A DNA stretch of 61,284 nucleotides, counting the filler, from Basidiobolus ranarum (lineage: Eukaryota): NCBI GenBank assembly GCA_040143965.1. It is 13 parts of 13 records of this genome, joined end to end, with 100 filler letters (N's around TTAATTAATTAA, not from the genome) between each part and the next. Parts side by side here need not be neighbours in the genome. Positions count along the whole stretch, not along the records: positions 33,127 to 37,744 come from JASJQH010001890.1; positions 37,845 to 42,456 come from JASJQH010001891.1; positions 42,557 to 47,167 come from JASJQH010001892.1; positions 47,268 to 51,876 come from JASJQH010001893.1; 9 more parts are not named here. One strand, 5' to 3'. Shown here one piece after another: positions 37,634-49,333 of the stretch. Below the pieces are notes generated by a model. It saw nothing but the letters and a program-made list of their open reading frames with translations, ran no database searches and was not told the DNA's origin. How positions within the stretch are numbered: the stretch's first letter is position 1; the number at the start of each line of letters is the position of its first letter. A program made the translations under genes and the position numbers.

Positions 37634-37744
37634 TGTGGCACGATTGACCATTGATTAGGAGCGATTGTATTATTTGAGGATACGTTGCAACTTTGTAAGA
37701 TTTATTCTTTTCGAACATGACACATCATGTGCACTTTGGAAGCT
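37634..37744. repeat. 111-bp exact direct terminal repeat of contig 8 (right copy)
   Basis: Identical to 33127-33237. Confidence 0.95.
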
Positions 37745-37857
37745 NNNNNNNNNNNNNNNNNNNNNNNNNNNNNNNNNNNNNNNNNNNNTTAATTAATTAA
37801 NNNNNNNNNNNNNNNNNNNNNNNNNNNNNNNNNNNNNNNNNNNNGAATTTAGCAACA

Positions 37858-37931
37858 GCTCGCATAGCTCAGTTGGTTAGAGCGTGGTGCTAATAACGCC
37901 AAGGCCGCAGGTTCGACCCCTGCTGTGAGCA
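37858..37931 (+). tRNA. tRNA-Ile(AAT)
   Basis: GCTCGCA/TGTGAGC acceptor; TGGTG-CT-AAT-AA-CGCCA. Confidence 0.96.
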
Positions 37932-38177
37932 AATCCTTTTGCAATAAGGACGCATCCAGTATTGGTCTATGATTTTATTAATACATAGCTATTCTATTCA
38001 AGGAATACATATTATTCAACTAGTCATCTATATCTCACTCAGTTGAATTTTAGCATAGTTCGTAGTTCCATATTCACACACACATTAAAACATGAAGTTG
38101 GTTGAGACATTATATTGTCTCTGAAATTGCCGTCACTTTTTGTTCAGTAATCCAATTTCGTAACAACCATACGAATA

Positions 38178-38250
38178 GGCCCTGTAGCTCAGTGGAAAGA
38201 GTGTCTCCCTCCGGAGGAGAAAGTCGTGGGTTCGACCCCCACCTGGGTCG
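38178..38250 (+). tRNA. tRNA-Arg(CCG)
   Basis: GGCCCTG/CTGGGTC acceptor; TCTCC-CT-CCG-GA-GGAGA; TTTT terminator. Confidence 0.94.
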
Positions 38251-38593
38251 TTTTGTAAGCGACGGCTTTGGGATTGGAGCCTTAGTGATGGTTCGAAGAT
38301 TGCGATCAGTGTTCCACAGTTATCCTGCAAAGCTGAATTTAATTAGTCTACTGATCCCACCTGTTGGTTTTCCCACTGACTCGACTTAGTCCTGCAGATG
38401 ATCATTCAGGATTGCTCCAAAGGAAAGGTATCACTCGATTGATACCGTTTGAAGTATAACTATTACAATTTGAATATGTACTTTTCATAATCCTGAAATC
38501 AAGGTTTTCGAGGAGCTGCGTTCGTGGTATCATTGATTAGTAAAAAGTAAACAATTCATCTTCATGCAAGCATCAATTTCTAGTTTCAAAGTA

Positions 38594-39400
38594 ATGACAG
38601 TTGAAAGCGGTAATGGTAGCTTTGGTACTCCGATCCTTCAAGCATTGTTAGCACGTGGCCCACTCCAGGTGAAAATTTTATCCAGAAGAGCACGGGTATG
38701 AATAGCAAAGATGCTAATCAGAACTCTAACAACTTCTTCGTAATTTCACTCTTACAAGATTGACGTAGCCATCATAGGCTATTCTAACAATGGCACCCTG
38801 GTATAGGCATTGAAAGCTGTCGTTGTTGTCATCAGAGTCCTAAAAGATCATGCCATCACAGAGACACAGTCGGTTGTATTAAAGATATCTAAGCAAACAG
38901 GTATAAATGGTTTGTTCCTTCCGAGTTCGCCACTGATGCCGAAGGGTAATGGGAGTGCTTTTCATCATCAATAAGTAATCATCCTCTTATGTTCTATATT
39001 TTAACTAGCACCAATGCATCTTCCAGAAGAGAAAGCCTTATTTGAGAGCCTAGTAGAATATTTGTGGATGCCTTGAAACAATCTGATCTGTCTCATACAA
39101 TCTATAAAAATGGATTGTAGAATATGTCACTTCTCCATTGTTTGTTATCGATATAGCTGCTGGACCTATCAAGCCCTACGGAAAGGGACACGCCCCATTA
39201 CTTAGTAATCAGTGACAGGGATGTTGCTCACTTTGTAACAGCTGCCATTGAAGACCCATAAAATGAAAACCGAGTTTATTATATTGCCGGAGATAATACA
39301 AGCATGAATCAAATAGTGAATTCGATAGAACAAAGGACCAAGACTTCACTCACGGTGACCCATGTGGAGAGATCAGATCTAAAGGTATGTAAATATCTCT
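38594..39400 (+). pseudogene. NmrA/isoflavone-reductase-like oxidoreductase pseudogene
   Basis: G.G.FG.PILQALL...VKILSR, then an in-frame TAG in TLV*ALKAV, a frameshift before WFVPSEF, and later DRDVAHFVTAAIEDP*NEN. Confidence 0.7.
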
Positions 39401-40033
39401 CTGAAAGTTAGTTGTATTTCTCCGGCTGTTTCTGCAGACATTGGCGCTTTAGTGATGGCTTTAGTAATTGCGAGCTGTGTTGGAAAGGTACAAATATGAA
39501 ACTAATAATATGATGAGTGCTATATTGACTTAGGCGAGAATAGTAAGTAAGAATGGAGTAAGTGTTGTTTTGAATTCTCAGGCTATATTTGTTAACTCCA
39601 TAATTATATTTATAGATATTTAACCTTTTAAGAAACAGTCATTTTAGAACGTTTCTTGGTTAGTAAGTAATTTCATATTTCCTTTGTTTACTTAATTGCA
39701 CAAAGGTTGAGATTTGCTTATGCTTTATATGTGTGCGAAATATTGGGTTGATTGAGGCAGTATATTGTCTCCGAAAATGCCATTGCTTTTTGTCTGATAA
39801 TCCAGTTTCATAACCAACAAGTGTTATAGTTCTATCAATAAAATATAAAAGGACCTGCTTTATTGCTAGTTGCTTATACTTCTATTTACACGCACTACTT
39901 GTTTGATCTATATATTAAGTTGGCTTTAGGTAGCAAGACTTCGTTATGGTGATATAACTTGGTTGACGCTACTTTGATCAGTCTATATACTATATATAGA
40001 CTTGATTAACTTTGGTTTCAAACACAACCAGCT

Positions 40034-40115
40034 GGTGAGATGGCCGAGTGGTCTAAGGCGCTGCGTTCAGGTCGCAGTCTCTTCGGAGGCGTGGGTTCGA
40101 ACCCCACTCTCATCA
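40034..40115 (+). tRNA. tRNA-Leu(CAG)
   Basis: GGTGAGA/TCTCATC acceptor; CTGCG-TT-CAG-GT-CGCAG; long variable arm. Confidence 0.96.
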
Positions 40116-40411
40116 CGTTTTAGGCTAATTTTATTTTATGTAATCAATGAATATTCTATGATTCAACGATGTATACAATTCCAAATGTAATATATGTACA
40201 AATGATAAATGCTATACATAAGCTATTGCAAATTAAGTTAGAAAGATGGCATATCTTTCATCAGTGTATCCTTTTCTAACATGCACTTATTATTATTGTA
40301 ACGATACCGAGATATTAGAATAAAAGAATATGGGTAATTACGCGAGAGCCAAGTGTCTCTCAACTGTTACATGTGTTGGAGGTTATTGTTAACAAGGCGG
40401 TTATCACAAAA

Positions 40412-40484
40412 GGCCCTGTAGCTCAGTGGAAAGAGTGTCTCCCTCCGGAGGAGAAAGTCGTGGGTTCGACCCCCACCTGGGTCG
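40412..40484 (+). tRNA. tRNA-Arg(CCG), second copy
   Basis: Identical to 38178-38250; about 60 bp of 3' flank is also shared. Confidence 0.94.
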
Positions 40485-41995
40485 TTTTGTAAGCTATAGC
40501 TTTGGGATTGGAACATTAGTGATGGTTCGAAGGTTGTGATAAGCGTTCTCTATATATACTTCTATATCAGTGATATGATGGAAGAATACTTGTTATCAAT
40601 CCATATGTACCCCATCAAAACATTGTCTCTGAATAGATTGTTATGAGTTTAGATGAATAAATCGTAGTTAATCAAGTACCATATTATTAGAGTAATGACA
40701 TTAATTGCTTTGAAGGAGCTTTAACCTCAAAGTTAAACTTACATTTTTAGTTCTACTAGTACTCATATGCCAGAAATTTGACATGGTCTCTGGTGCATGT
40801 AAAGAATGTTTCTGTATTTTACTTGTGCCTTCCACAAATGAGTTATATGTTTCCTAAATATTCCTACCGATCAAGTCTCTCATGACGGTTATCAACGGAG
40901 ATTACTGGCTATTTCTGCAAGATCCAATCAGACGTTTATGGTAAATGATAGCACCATGTCGGCTATAAATAGGACTTCTATATACGATGATATTTTCCAT
41001 TTCGACCAAAGTACCTCTCTGTTTAGGCTGAAAACAACCATCAATGGATTTTCAATACAACAATATATGTATAGCAAAGGGGCTTCATTACAGTATAGAA
41101 TAATAAATTATAAATCAACTACTGCTTATTTCATACATATATTCTCACTATTACTCAAAGATCCGTAGTTAAACAATAATAGTAAATGTATATTTACCTG
41201 TATTCCCCAGCAAAATTCTAGCTTCACCAGATCAAGAAATTTGTAATTCATTAGAGGTTTGGTGAATATATATACATTCCAAGAAAGAATCATGTTGCAG
41301 AAAAAAGCAAAAAATTGCCAATTTTCCATGTCATGAACATGCTTCAAGAAACTGAAAAAGGAAGAGACTACTTTTTTCGTTCCAATGGTTGAAATTGGAT
41401 GGAAGGTGTATATCAATTCATATACGAACATGTAGCTAAAATAACAGTATTTGTTGATTTCAAAAGATTAAAAATGATTCTCAAGTCAGTAACGGCGATA
41501 CCCGGGTTGCAATCCGAGTACACCTGGGTTTTTCTAATCAAAAGTTAGTCATAACACCCGGTTTACATCATAAGAAAACTAATTGTTATTATAAAATAAC
41601 AGGTAAAAGTTTCCTACTGAGAATTAATTGACAACTGAGAGATTCAGTTCCTTTTTGACCGAATTCTAAAGCAATTTGAATTATGGGATTCTGATTATGT
41701 TAAGAATTTTCGTTTGGTAATTTCAGAAATTTTTTCATTCATTTGATTTCACGCGTATTAAGATTTTTTGCATAGGTAGGTTGAGGATAATATTTATAAA
41801 TAAGGGAATAGAGTTTGTATAATATATGAGGATATCCAGGAAGTTGTAAACGTTTTCCCCCAAGTATATGGGTTATAGTTTATGGGCTAAGCATCATCAA
41901 TAGGTACTTATTTATTAATAATTAATTTTAGTTATTCAAAACAAACATTATTTCTACATTGGATGAAGTTATAGGTGATTTGGATGGGTGTGCAT

Positions 41996-42291
41996 TTATC
42001 GCTTAGGTTTCCTGTTCAACCAAACAAACAGTACGAAAACTGCCACATTAAAGGCATAGTACGCCCACAGAATGCCAAAGTTTCTCCACCTATGATCGAT
42101 GGACCATTCAAATACTCGAAGAAATTCTGCGCCACTCGAGTATTCACAGTACTTACATACATCAGTAGCTGATGGATCCTGTAAATAACCAGTAGCGTAC
42201 TTCAACCATTCGGCACTGTACGCACCACACGTTTGGCCACTTGGTGGAGTGAATCGCGTGAAATCGGCCTCTTCACATCTTACTACCATGT
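41996..42291 (-). CDS. PDR/ABCG transporter, C-terminal fragment
   Basis: VRC...FTPPSGQTCGAY...GYL.DPSATDVCKYCEYSSG.EFL...RWRNFGILWAY..FN is the PDR C-terminal extracellular domain and last TM helix. Confidence 0.88.
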
Positions 42292-42556
42292 TGTTGAAAA
42301 TGGTTGGTGTTAAGTTCTGAGTTTGAGGAGCTACCGAATTTTTCCTGATTTTAGCCAAATCGAAAATTAGTAAAATCGACTTGGCACTGTGATTTGAATG
42401 AAATCAAAGTCAGATCGCAAATTCAGAAGGATCAACTTTTCAAAAATTACTAATCGNNNNNNNNNNNNNNNNNNNNNNNNNNNNNNNNNNNNNNNNNNNN
42501 TTAATTAATTAANNNNNNNNNNNNNNNNNNNNNNNNNNNNNNNNNNNNNNNNNNNN

Positions 42557-42654
42557 CATTTCACTTTCCGTTGACGGCACATATCACAAGCTCTTCCTAT
42601 CCTCCGTCTCCTTTGAGGAGTAGAGCTTGCTGCACTATCGTTGCTCGTGGCCAT
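42557..42654 (-). CDS. Zn(II)2Cys6 transcription factor, 5' end (truncated by contig edge; absent from ORF track)
   Basis: MATSNDSAASSTPQRRRRIGRACDMCRQRKVKC from the ATG at 42654. Confidence 0.85.
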
Positions 42655-43312
42655 TTAGGTATGATATAAGTGATAGAGAGAAATGGTAACCCACACTTGG
42701 AAATAAATGAATCAAATTTCGTAAAGCGGAACCACAAATCTCATCACTAGACAGTCAAATCAGATTAAGGAGTAATTCCGAGGCTATTGGGTTTAACTAT
42801 TCCATATGGGAAAACTGAGAGATTCATCCGTGTCCACCCACATTGTATCATTCATTTCAAATATGCGCCCTTGATGACTAGAAAATCAGTAAGCATGTGA
42901 ACCCTGGTACCTGAGTGGTCTATTGTAGAATTGTCTGCTATCAGATACAGGGTTAGGCAAATGGTGAATGGCTCATGCTGATGCTGAATCATCTGATTTA
43001 ACCTATCATATCATGTTATCAGCGGTATGGGTCGTGCTTATCAAGCACAAAGACGTGAAAAATAATCATTCATGGAGCATAGAATTAGGATTGGAGTTAG
43101 GACTAATGAGTCTATGTTACATTTGTGAGGACCATGAACTTGTTCTCGTGATTTGGTAGGGATTCATGTTTAGGGTTGATTGAAACCACGCCGTAGCGCC
43201 TAACCATAATCAATAAATCATAACTTGTCCTTCTAATAAATCAGTGTGGAAGTATATGTATAGTTATTCATTAACTTTAATCAGATTGTGTAGATTATCG
43301 TGGTAGTGTTGT

Positions 43313-44641
43313 TTATGCTACGGGCTGTTGCTGTTGATACATATGATTGAATGGTGTTCTTCTGCTTAGGAGTAACCCTTTGATACTTCGAATATCCGAG
43401 CGGATTTGTGCAGGTAATCCAGAGCGATGTTCAGCTTGCAATTTGTAAATAGAGAAGTATCCAGTACTACCTAAGGATCTAGTTAAATCGTAGAACGATG
43501 CTTTCACCTCATCCATAGCCCTTTCTCTAGATTTATTGATTTCCTGATAAACCATCAATTGAGTTTCGAATTTTTGTAAAGTCTGTCGTAAAGAATGGCC
43601 GGATTTTTCAAGGGATTTCACTGTGATTCCTTCTGAGGTTTCTTCTTCACTATGGAGTGTTTGATGATAGGTGACTAATTCATCATGGAATTTCTGGAGG
43701 CTCTTCGATTGTTGTTCATATCGCAAATGCTGTTCTTGGGTAAAGGAATTGCGAATAGGCAACATTGCCAGCTTGACTAATCCCAAAAGACCAGCAGTGA
43801 CACCACTTGTAATCATTAAGGCAACTATCGTATTACGTATACGTTCTGCATTAGGGTTTGGCGCCACTAAAATAGAGATCTGTTGTGGAGCTAAACTAGG
43901 TTGATTATATGTGCGGGGAGGGACTGGAGGAAGGCCGGTGGCTTGATTGTTACTAATACAAGGATCTTACTATTTGTCGGGAAATAAAGTAGGCATAAAG
44001 TAGTAACTTACATAATTGGAGTACTATTGGATGGAGAAAGCTAACCAGAATATCAATTCATTAGTACCACGCTAGAATGTTTATTAAGAGAAATTCTCGC
44101 TTACCTCAGTATGACCACCTTTGAGGGAAACCTTCTCAAGTGCCATATCAATTTCAGCTTGTGTGAGTCCTTTTTTCTTTAAAAAGGCAATCTTTTTGGA
44201 TAGAGGGGCAGTTTGAACGTTTGGTGAGTTCAAAAAGCTTAACGCTTGAGCAATCATTGGAGGTCTTGGCTCAGGCTCACTATCGTTGGGGTTTGGTTCG
44301 GTTTTTTGTATGCTGGGGCTCACTTCAGTGGGAATAGAGGCTTCGACAATTGCTGGTTTTTCTACAATTGGAACTGGGTTTGTGATTGTAGAGTCTACTG
44401 GAGGAGCTTGAGATTGTCGTGCTTGTTGTTGGCGCTTGAGAAGCTCCTCTCGACGTTGTTGTCTCTGTTCAACAGCACTCGAAGGATTTTCTGTTGCAAT
44501 GGTATTATCGGCTACTACGGGAGAAAGATCATTGCCTGAATGTTCGTTTTCAGAAACCTCAAATGTATTCGAAGATGCCTCGGAACCATTAAATGAATCT
44601 CCTTCGAAAGAGTTGGGAGAAGAAGGGTGGTTGTCAGACAT
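43313..44641 (-). CDS. PEX14: Peroxisomal docking protein Pex14
   Basis: Exons 44641-44105, 44040-44012 and 43952-43313. ALSFLNSPNVQTAPLSKKIAFLKKKGLTQAEID (Pex14_N), TM segment, coiled coil and IRSIKGLLLSRR. Confidence 0.92.
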
Positions 44642-45027
44642 TTAATGTTTCTCCAAAAAACAGAGATAAAGAGGAGTAAGGTGATTACAGAAAATATGAA
44701 GTAGTGTATAGAGCAAACGACCAAATGGAGATATAAGAGGAAGAACCATGTGACTTTCATCTATTTCTATATAATATTGATAATCATAAAACTGCTTACG
44801 AAAAAATGAAATCGTACTAAGCATCGTGTATCACTCATTCTCTACATCTTTATATAAACTGATATACGTATCAATTTGAAATTCCTTTAAAATAGCCTCC
44901 GAGATAATCAAATATATGAGTGAGTTTAGTAAATTTTCAAATAGTTATCTAAATAAGCTACAAAAATATTATGGATTAGTTTCAAATCCAAGTACCTGAT
45001 CTTGGTTAAACACACCTGCTCAAGTAT

Positions 45028-46065
45028 ATGAACAAAATAGCCGTATACATAGCACAAGGCCACGGCTTTCTTCGGGATGCAACAGGTAACTTTGATATCC
45101 TCTTGATTTTCCGTTCGCCAAACATAAACCAAGTTCTTTAGCTGCTTGTACCCTGAGGAGTGAATATAGGATCGTGGGTGTTTTGGTTGGATCCTTACCT
45201 CGCTTACCACTACAAAATAGCTTCTTTTCATTACCAATTTTACTGATGCCCGAGGAAGTTACTTTTCTGTTGGAAAAAGGTCGATCACTTGTTGCTTTCT
45301 TTGACTAACTTTCCTTTACGATTTACTTATAAGTTGTCGATACCCAGGACTTGTAAGCTTAATTGACGATAAAGATAGTTACAGGGAACCTACAGAAGCT
45401 GAGATAGAGGAGTATCAGGGAAATTTATCTCGAGAGGAGCATTTTCGACAACAATTGTTTGAAGAGAAAAAGCGAAATAATCCTAAAGCTCAGGCGAATT
45501 CTATTGATGTGGATTTGAAGGTTAATGGAAAAAGTGAAGAGGAAATCCCTTCTATACCAACTCAAGAACTTCGCAAAACGAGGAAAGCTGTGAAAGTCCC
45601 AACTTCCTCTAGTCAATATGCTTGGCACGATCCTAAGAAGGTGTATGATACCATCGAAGAAGCTAGAGCTAATGGTGTATGGGAATTTCCCTCCACTGCT
45701 GCCGAGAAACTTCGATACAAAGTATTTGTTGATCTAAGGGAGAAAGGCTATTTCATTACCCCAGGGTCCAAGTTTGGTGGCGATTACTTGCTTTATCCAG
45801 GTTAGTTTATCTGTATTTGTTAAACCCATTCCCAGTCTGCAAGAAACATAACCACTTTTACACCGATCTTCTTCTAGCCGACCCCCTTCGATATCATTCC
45901 CATTTTGTTGCCTCAATAGTTCCATATGATAAGGAATTAATGCCAGTTGATTTGGTAGGTTTTGGAAGGTTAGGTTCAGCTGTAAAAAAAAGTCATCTTC
46001 TTTGTAGCTATGATTTGGTTCATGATAGTTTCAAATATTTTTGTGTGGAGTGGACAGGCATGTAA
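45028..46065 (+). CDS. SEN34: tRNA-splicing endonuclease subunit Sen34
   Basis: Exons 45028-45085, 45142-45279, 45348-45800 and 45878-46065. GVLVGSLP..PLQN...LP.LLMPEEV, GYFITPGSKFGGDYLLYP.DPLRYHSHF and GRLGSAVKK motifs. Confidence 0.94.
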
Positions 46066-46332
46066 ACTTGTGATTCTTGGCTATTTATATACTGTAGATT
46101 TGTCGCCTTTCCTGTAATACTCTGAAGCACTTAAAAGTAAAATATTAGAAAACATCATTTTGACACATATGTTTTGGAGATGCAAAATCAGTACTGATGC
46201 TTGAGAGATAGTTACTCATTGCGAGAGAAAAAGATATTGAATTTATCCATGGGGACGGAGCTGTGTCTCCGTGAGAGCAAAGTCAAATATTCTGATACCA
46301 CTTCAAGGACCTTGAACTTTATTAGTTGATAT

Positions 46333-47167
46333 TGTTGGAATTAGCTTTGCCTAAACACCTATATAGTCATATATAGCTTAGTACTTAGTTATCTTATAAT
46401 TCACTAAGATATTATCCATTATTCTGATAAGGAATTTACTTAGAATATTGACACCAACTTCAAAGTTCTCAGATATATAGATTTTTTCAAACTTGTGCTA
46501 GAAGCCCCAAACTTTGCACACATGTTCCTGGGATCTTCCTTAACACATTCTACACGTTTGTTTGTTTACATCTTGACAAAACTATAAATGTCAACTTTCT
46601 ACTCAATAAATTGATAAGTGAAAACCACCAATTCCTCTAATTCTCCAAACCACTTCCAACAGGCTCCCAGATACTTTAACAGGCTATGAGCCCCAAGCTT
46701 GCACTATCTGTAATGTCTACTTCTCAAATCTATGGAACTTTTCCCTCTTCTGAAAAATTGGATGGAACCAATTATCAAGTTTGGAAAATTAAAATGAAAA
46801 TGCTGCTGCAACAAAAAGGACTTTGGGACACTGTTGTAGGAAAAGAAAACAATGCAAAACTATCTGAAACCTAAACTTCACTCCAAGTTAAAAAAGAACA
46901 ACGTGCCTTTAACAAAATGTCTTAATGTTAAAGACAAATTGCTAATTCAATGTTCAAGAGCTAAAACTGCCAAGAAGGTATGGAAAGCCTTGGAAGACAC
47001 TTACCAAACAGTTCTGCTGCCAACAAGATGCTTCTAAGAAGACAATTCTTTAACTGAAAGATGAAGCCAGGAGAAGACATTAAATCACTAATTAATAGAG
47101 TCACTATTTTAGTGGATGAAATGGAATGCATTGGAGTACCTACCACTGATCAAGATATCATAGTTAC
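46333..47167 (+). mobile_element. Ty1/copia element 5' end: LTR (46333-46681), PBS, disrupted gag
   Basis: LTR TGTTGG...TTAACA followed at once by GGCTATGAGCCC, then EKLDGTNYQVWKIKMKMLLQQKGLWD with downstream stops. Confidence 0.92.
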
Positions 47168-47267
47168 NNNNNNNNNNNNNNNNNNNNNNNNNNNNNNNNN
47201 NNNNNNNNNNNTTAATTAATTAANNNNNNNNNNNNNNNNNNNNNNNNNNNNNNNNNNNNNNNNNNNN

Positions 47268-47472
47268 GAAGGTCCCAGAAACATGTGTGCAAAGTTTGGG
47301 GCTTCTAGCACAAGTTTGAAAAATCTATATATCTGAGAACTTCTAAGTTGGTGTCAATATTCTAAGTAAATTCCAATTTAGAATAATTGATAATATCTTA
47401 GTTCATTATAAGATAACTGAGTACTAAGCTATATATGACTATATAGGTGTTTAGGCAATGCTAACTTCAACA
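47268..47472 (-). mobile_element. Partial copia LTR (cut by contig edge)
   Basis: Reverse complement of the first 200 bp or so of the 46333 and 48086 LTRs, starting TGTTGAAG at 47472. Confidence 0.9.
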
Positions 47473-47638
47473 TATCTGAAGTCCAAAATCTGCCGCGGAA
47501 AGGGCTCACTTGGTAGCAACATATCAAAGTACAATTGTAATACTCTGAGATGACTGCATCAGTAGCATTCTGAACAAAATTACAAACATCTCAGAGTTCT
47601 GAACTGAAAAATAGCTTTTGAAGGAAAATACTTAAACA

Positions 47639-47968
47639 TGTTGAAATTAGCATAGCCTAAACACCTATATGGTCATATATGGCTTAGTATTTAGTTATTC
47701 TATATTTCATTAAGATATCAATCATTATTCTCAAGAGGGGTTTATTTAGAAGTTCTCAGATGTATAGATTTCTCAAACTTGTGCTAGAAGACTCAATCCT
47801 TACACACATGTTCCTGGGACCTTCCTTGACACATTTTACATGCTTGTCTGTTTACATCTTGACAAAACTATAAATGCTAACTTTCTACTCAATAAATCAA
47901 TAAGTGAAAACCACCAATTCTTCTAGTTCTCCAAACCACTTCCAATAAACTCCCAAAATACTTTAACA
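47639..47968 (+). mobile_element. Copia solo LTR with AAACA target-site duplication
   Basis: TGTTGA...TTAACA; AAACA at 47634-47638 and 47969-47973. Confidence 0.92.
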
Positions 47969-48085
47969 AAACACTGACCATTAGTAAGTCTCTTCCACGT
48001 GTATTTCAGATATCTGTGAAAGTGTTTCAAAGAAGTGTATCTGAAAAGAAAATAGAATAGTGGCATAAGCACATGATATATCGAC

Positions 48086-48433
48086 TGTTGAAATTAGCAT
48101 TGCCTAAACACCTATATAGTCATATATAGCTTAGTATTTAGTTATCTTATAATTCACTAAGATATTATCAATTATTCTAAATCGGAATTTACTTAGAATA
48201 TTGACACCAACTTAGAAGTTCTCAGATATATAGATTTTTCAAACTTGTGTTAGAAGCCCCAAACTTTGCACACATGTTCCTTGGACCTTTCTTAACACAT
48301 TCTACACGTTAGTTTGTTTACATCTTAACAAAACTATAAATGTCAACTGAATACTCAATAAATCAATAAGCGAAAACCACCAATTTCTCTAATTCTCCAA
48401 ACCACTTCCAACAGGCTCCCAAATACTTTAACA
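48086..48433 (+). mobile_element. Copia solo LTR with TCGAC target-site duplication
   Basis: TGTTGA...TTAACA; TCGAC at 48081-48085 and 48434-48438. Confidence 0.93.
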
Positions 48434-49333
48434 TCGACCACCATTTCATAGAGCCTTGTTCAACATCTAAGAGCTGTCATCAATATGTAAGTGAAAGAAA
48501 GTACTTGTATGTACCCTGAGTTGTTGGGAGATTGTCGAGAAATTTAGATCAGTATGAGAAATATAGTTGTTGCGAGTAGAACTTGATCTTCAGAAAGCAA
48601 GCCATAATCACGATCCAGACATATCAGTACATATACGTGCTTACCTGCAATATTGCAACTAGTATCCTTTATATACTGAAAGGTATCTTTAGTTACCATA
48701 CATACAGAATATACTGATGCTGTTATTCTATCATCCTGATGTACCAATTGGGATACTCTAACTATACTGCCTCTAGTCAACTAAGATTAAACTAGCGCTA
48801 ATACATGCATAGGTAGAAATTGTAATTAAGTTAACTATACTCTACACATGTTACACTTACTATGTTACGGCATAGTGTTTAAGCTCAGTAGCCCATAACT
48901 TGCATGCATAGCAAACGAAATCCTAATCCGTAATTTTGATATTATGGATTGAAGTTGCATAGGTCTGGCATATTCAGTGATGCATCATATTCAACGAAGC
49001 CGTTGCTAGCATTACAAGTATGCACCTGTAACCTAAAAACCCGTTTGGATTGGATAAGTCAATAATTGCCAACGGTGGTATTACAATTCCATAATATTTC
49101 ATCAGAAATAGCAATGTAACATTATTCGATTAGAAAAGTTCTTTCCTTACTATGACGACTATCATTTGTATACGATTCATGGATCATACATAGTGTATGG
49201 TCCTGTTTAATGATGATGTGCATATTTTATACAAATGTGTAATTGACTTATGCTCTAATAAAAGTAAGAGAATGCGAAATAATTATGGCAAGTCGGAATC
49301 CTAGGGGTAGAGTGGTGGGGAGCCGATCTTCAA

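Noticed and set aside
34363-40190. Short ORFs overlapping tRNA genes (e.g. 34539-34967, 35403-35723, 38102-38389)
   Set aside because: Chance translations of tRNA sequence with no protein features.
33127-40550. tRNA-Sec, suppressor or reassigned-codon tRNA
   Set aside because: All 16 intact tRNAs have standard anticodons, and bodies match where I could judge. tRNA-Leu(CAG) closely resembles tRNA-Leu(AAG), giving no sign of CUG reassignment.
33127-46065. Apparent functional cluster of tRNA arrays with SEN34
   Set aside because: They are on separate, length-sorted contigs, so adjacency is an artefact. The same applies to PEX14 and the Pex23/24-family gene.
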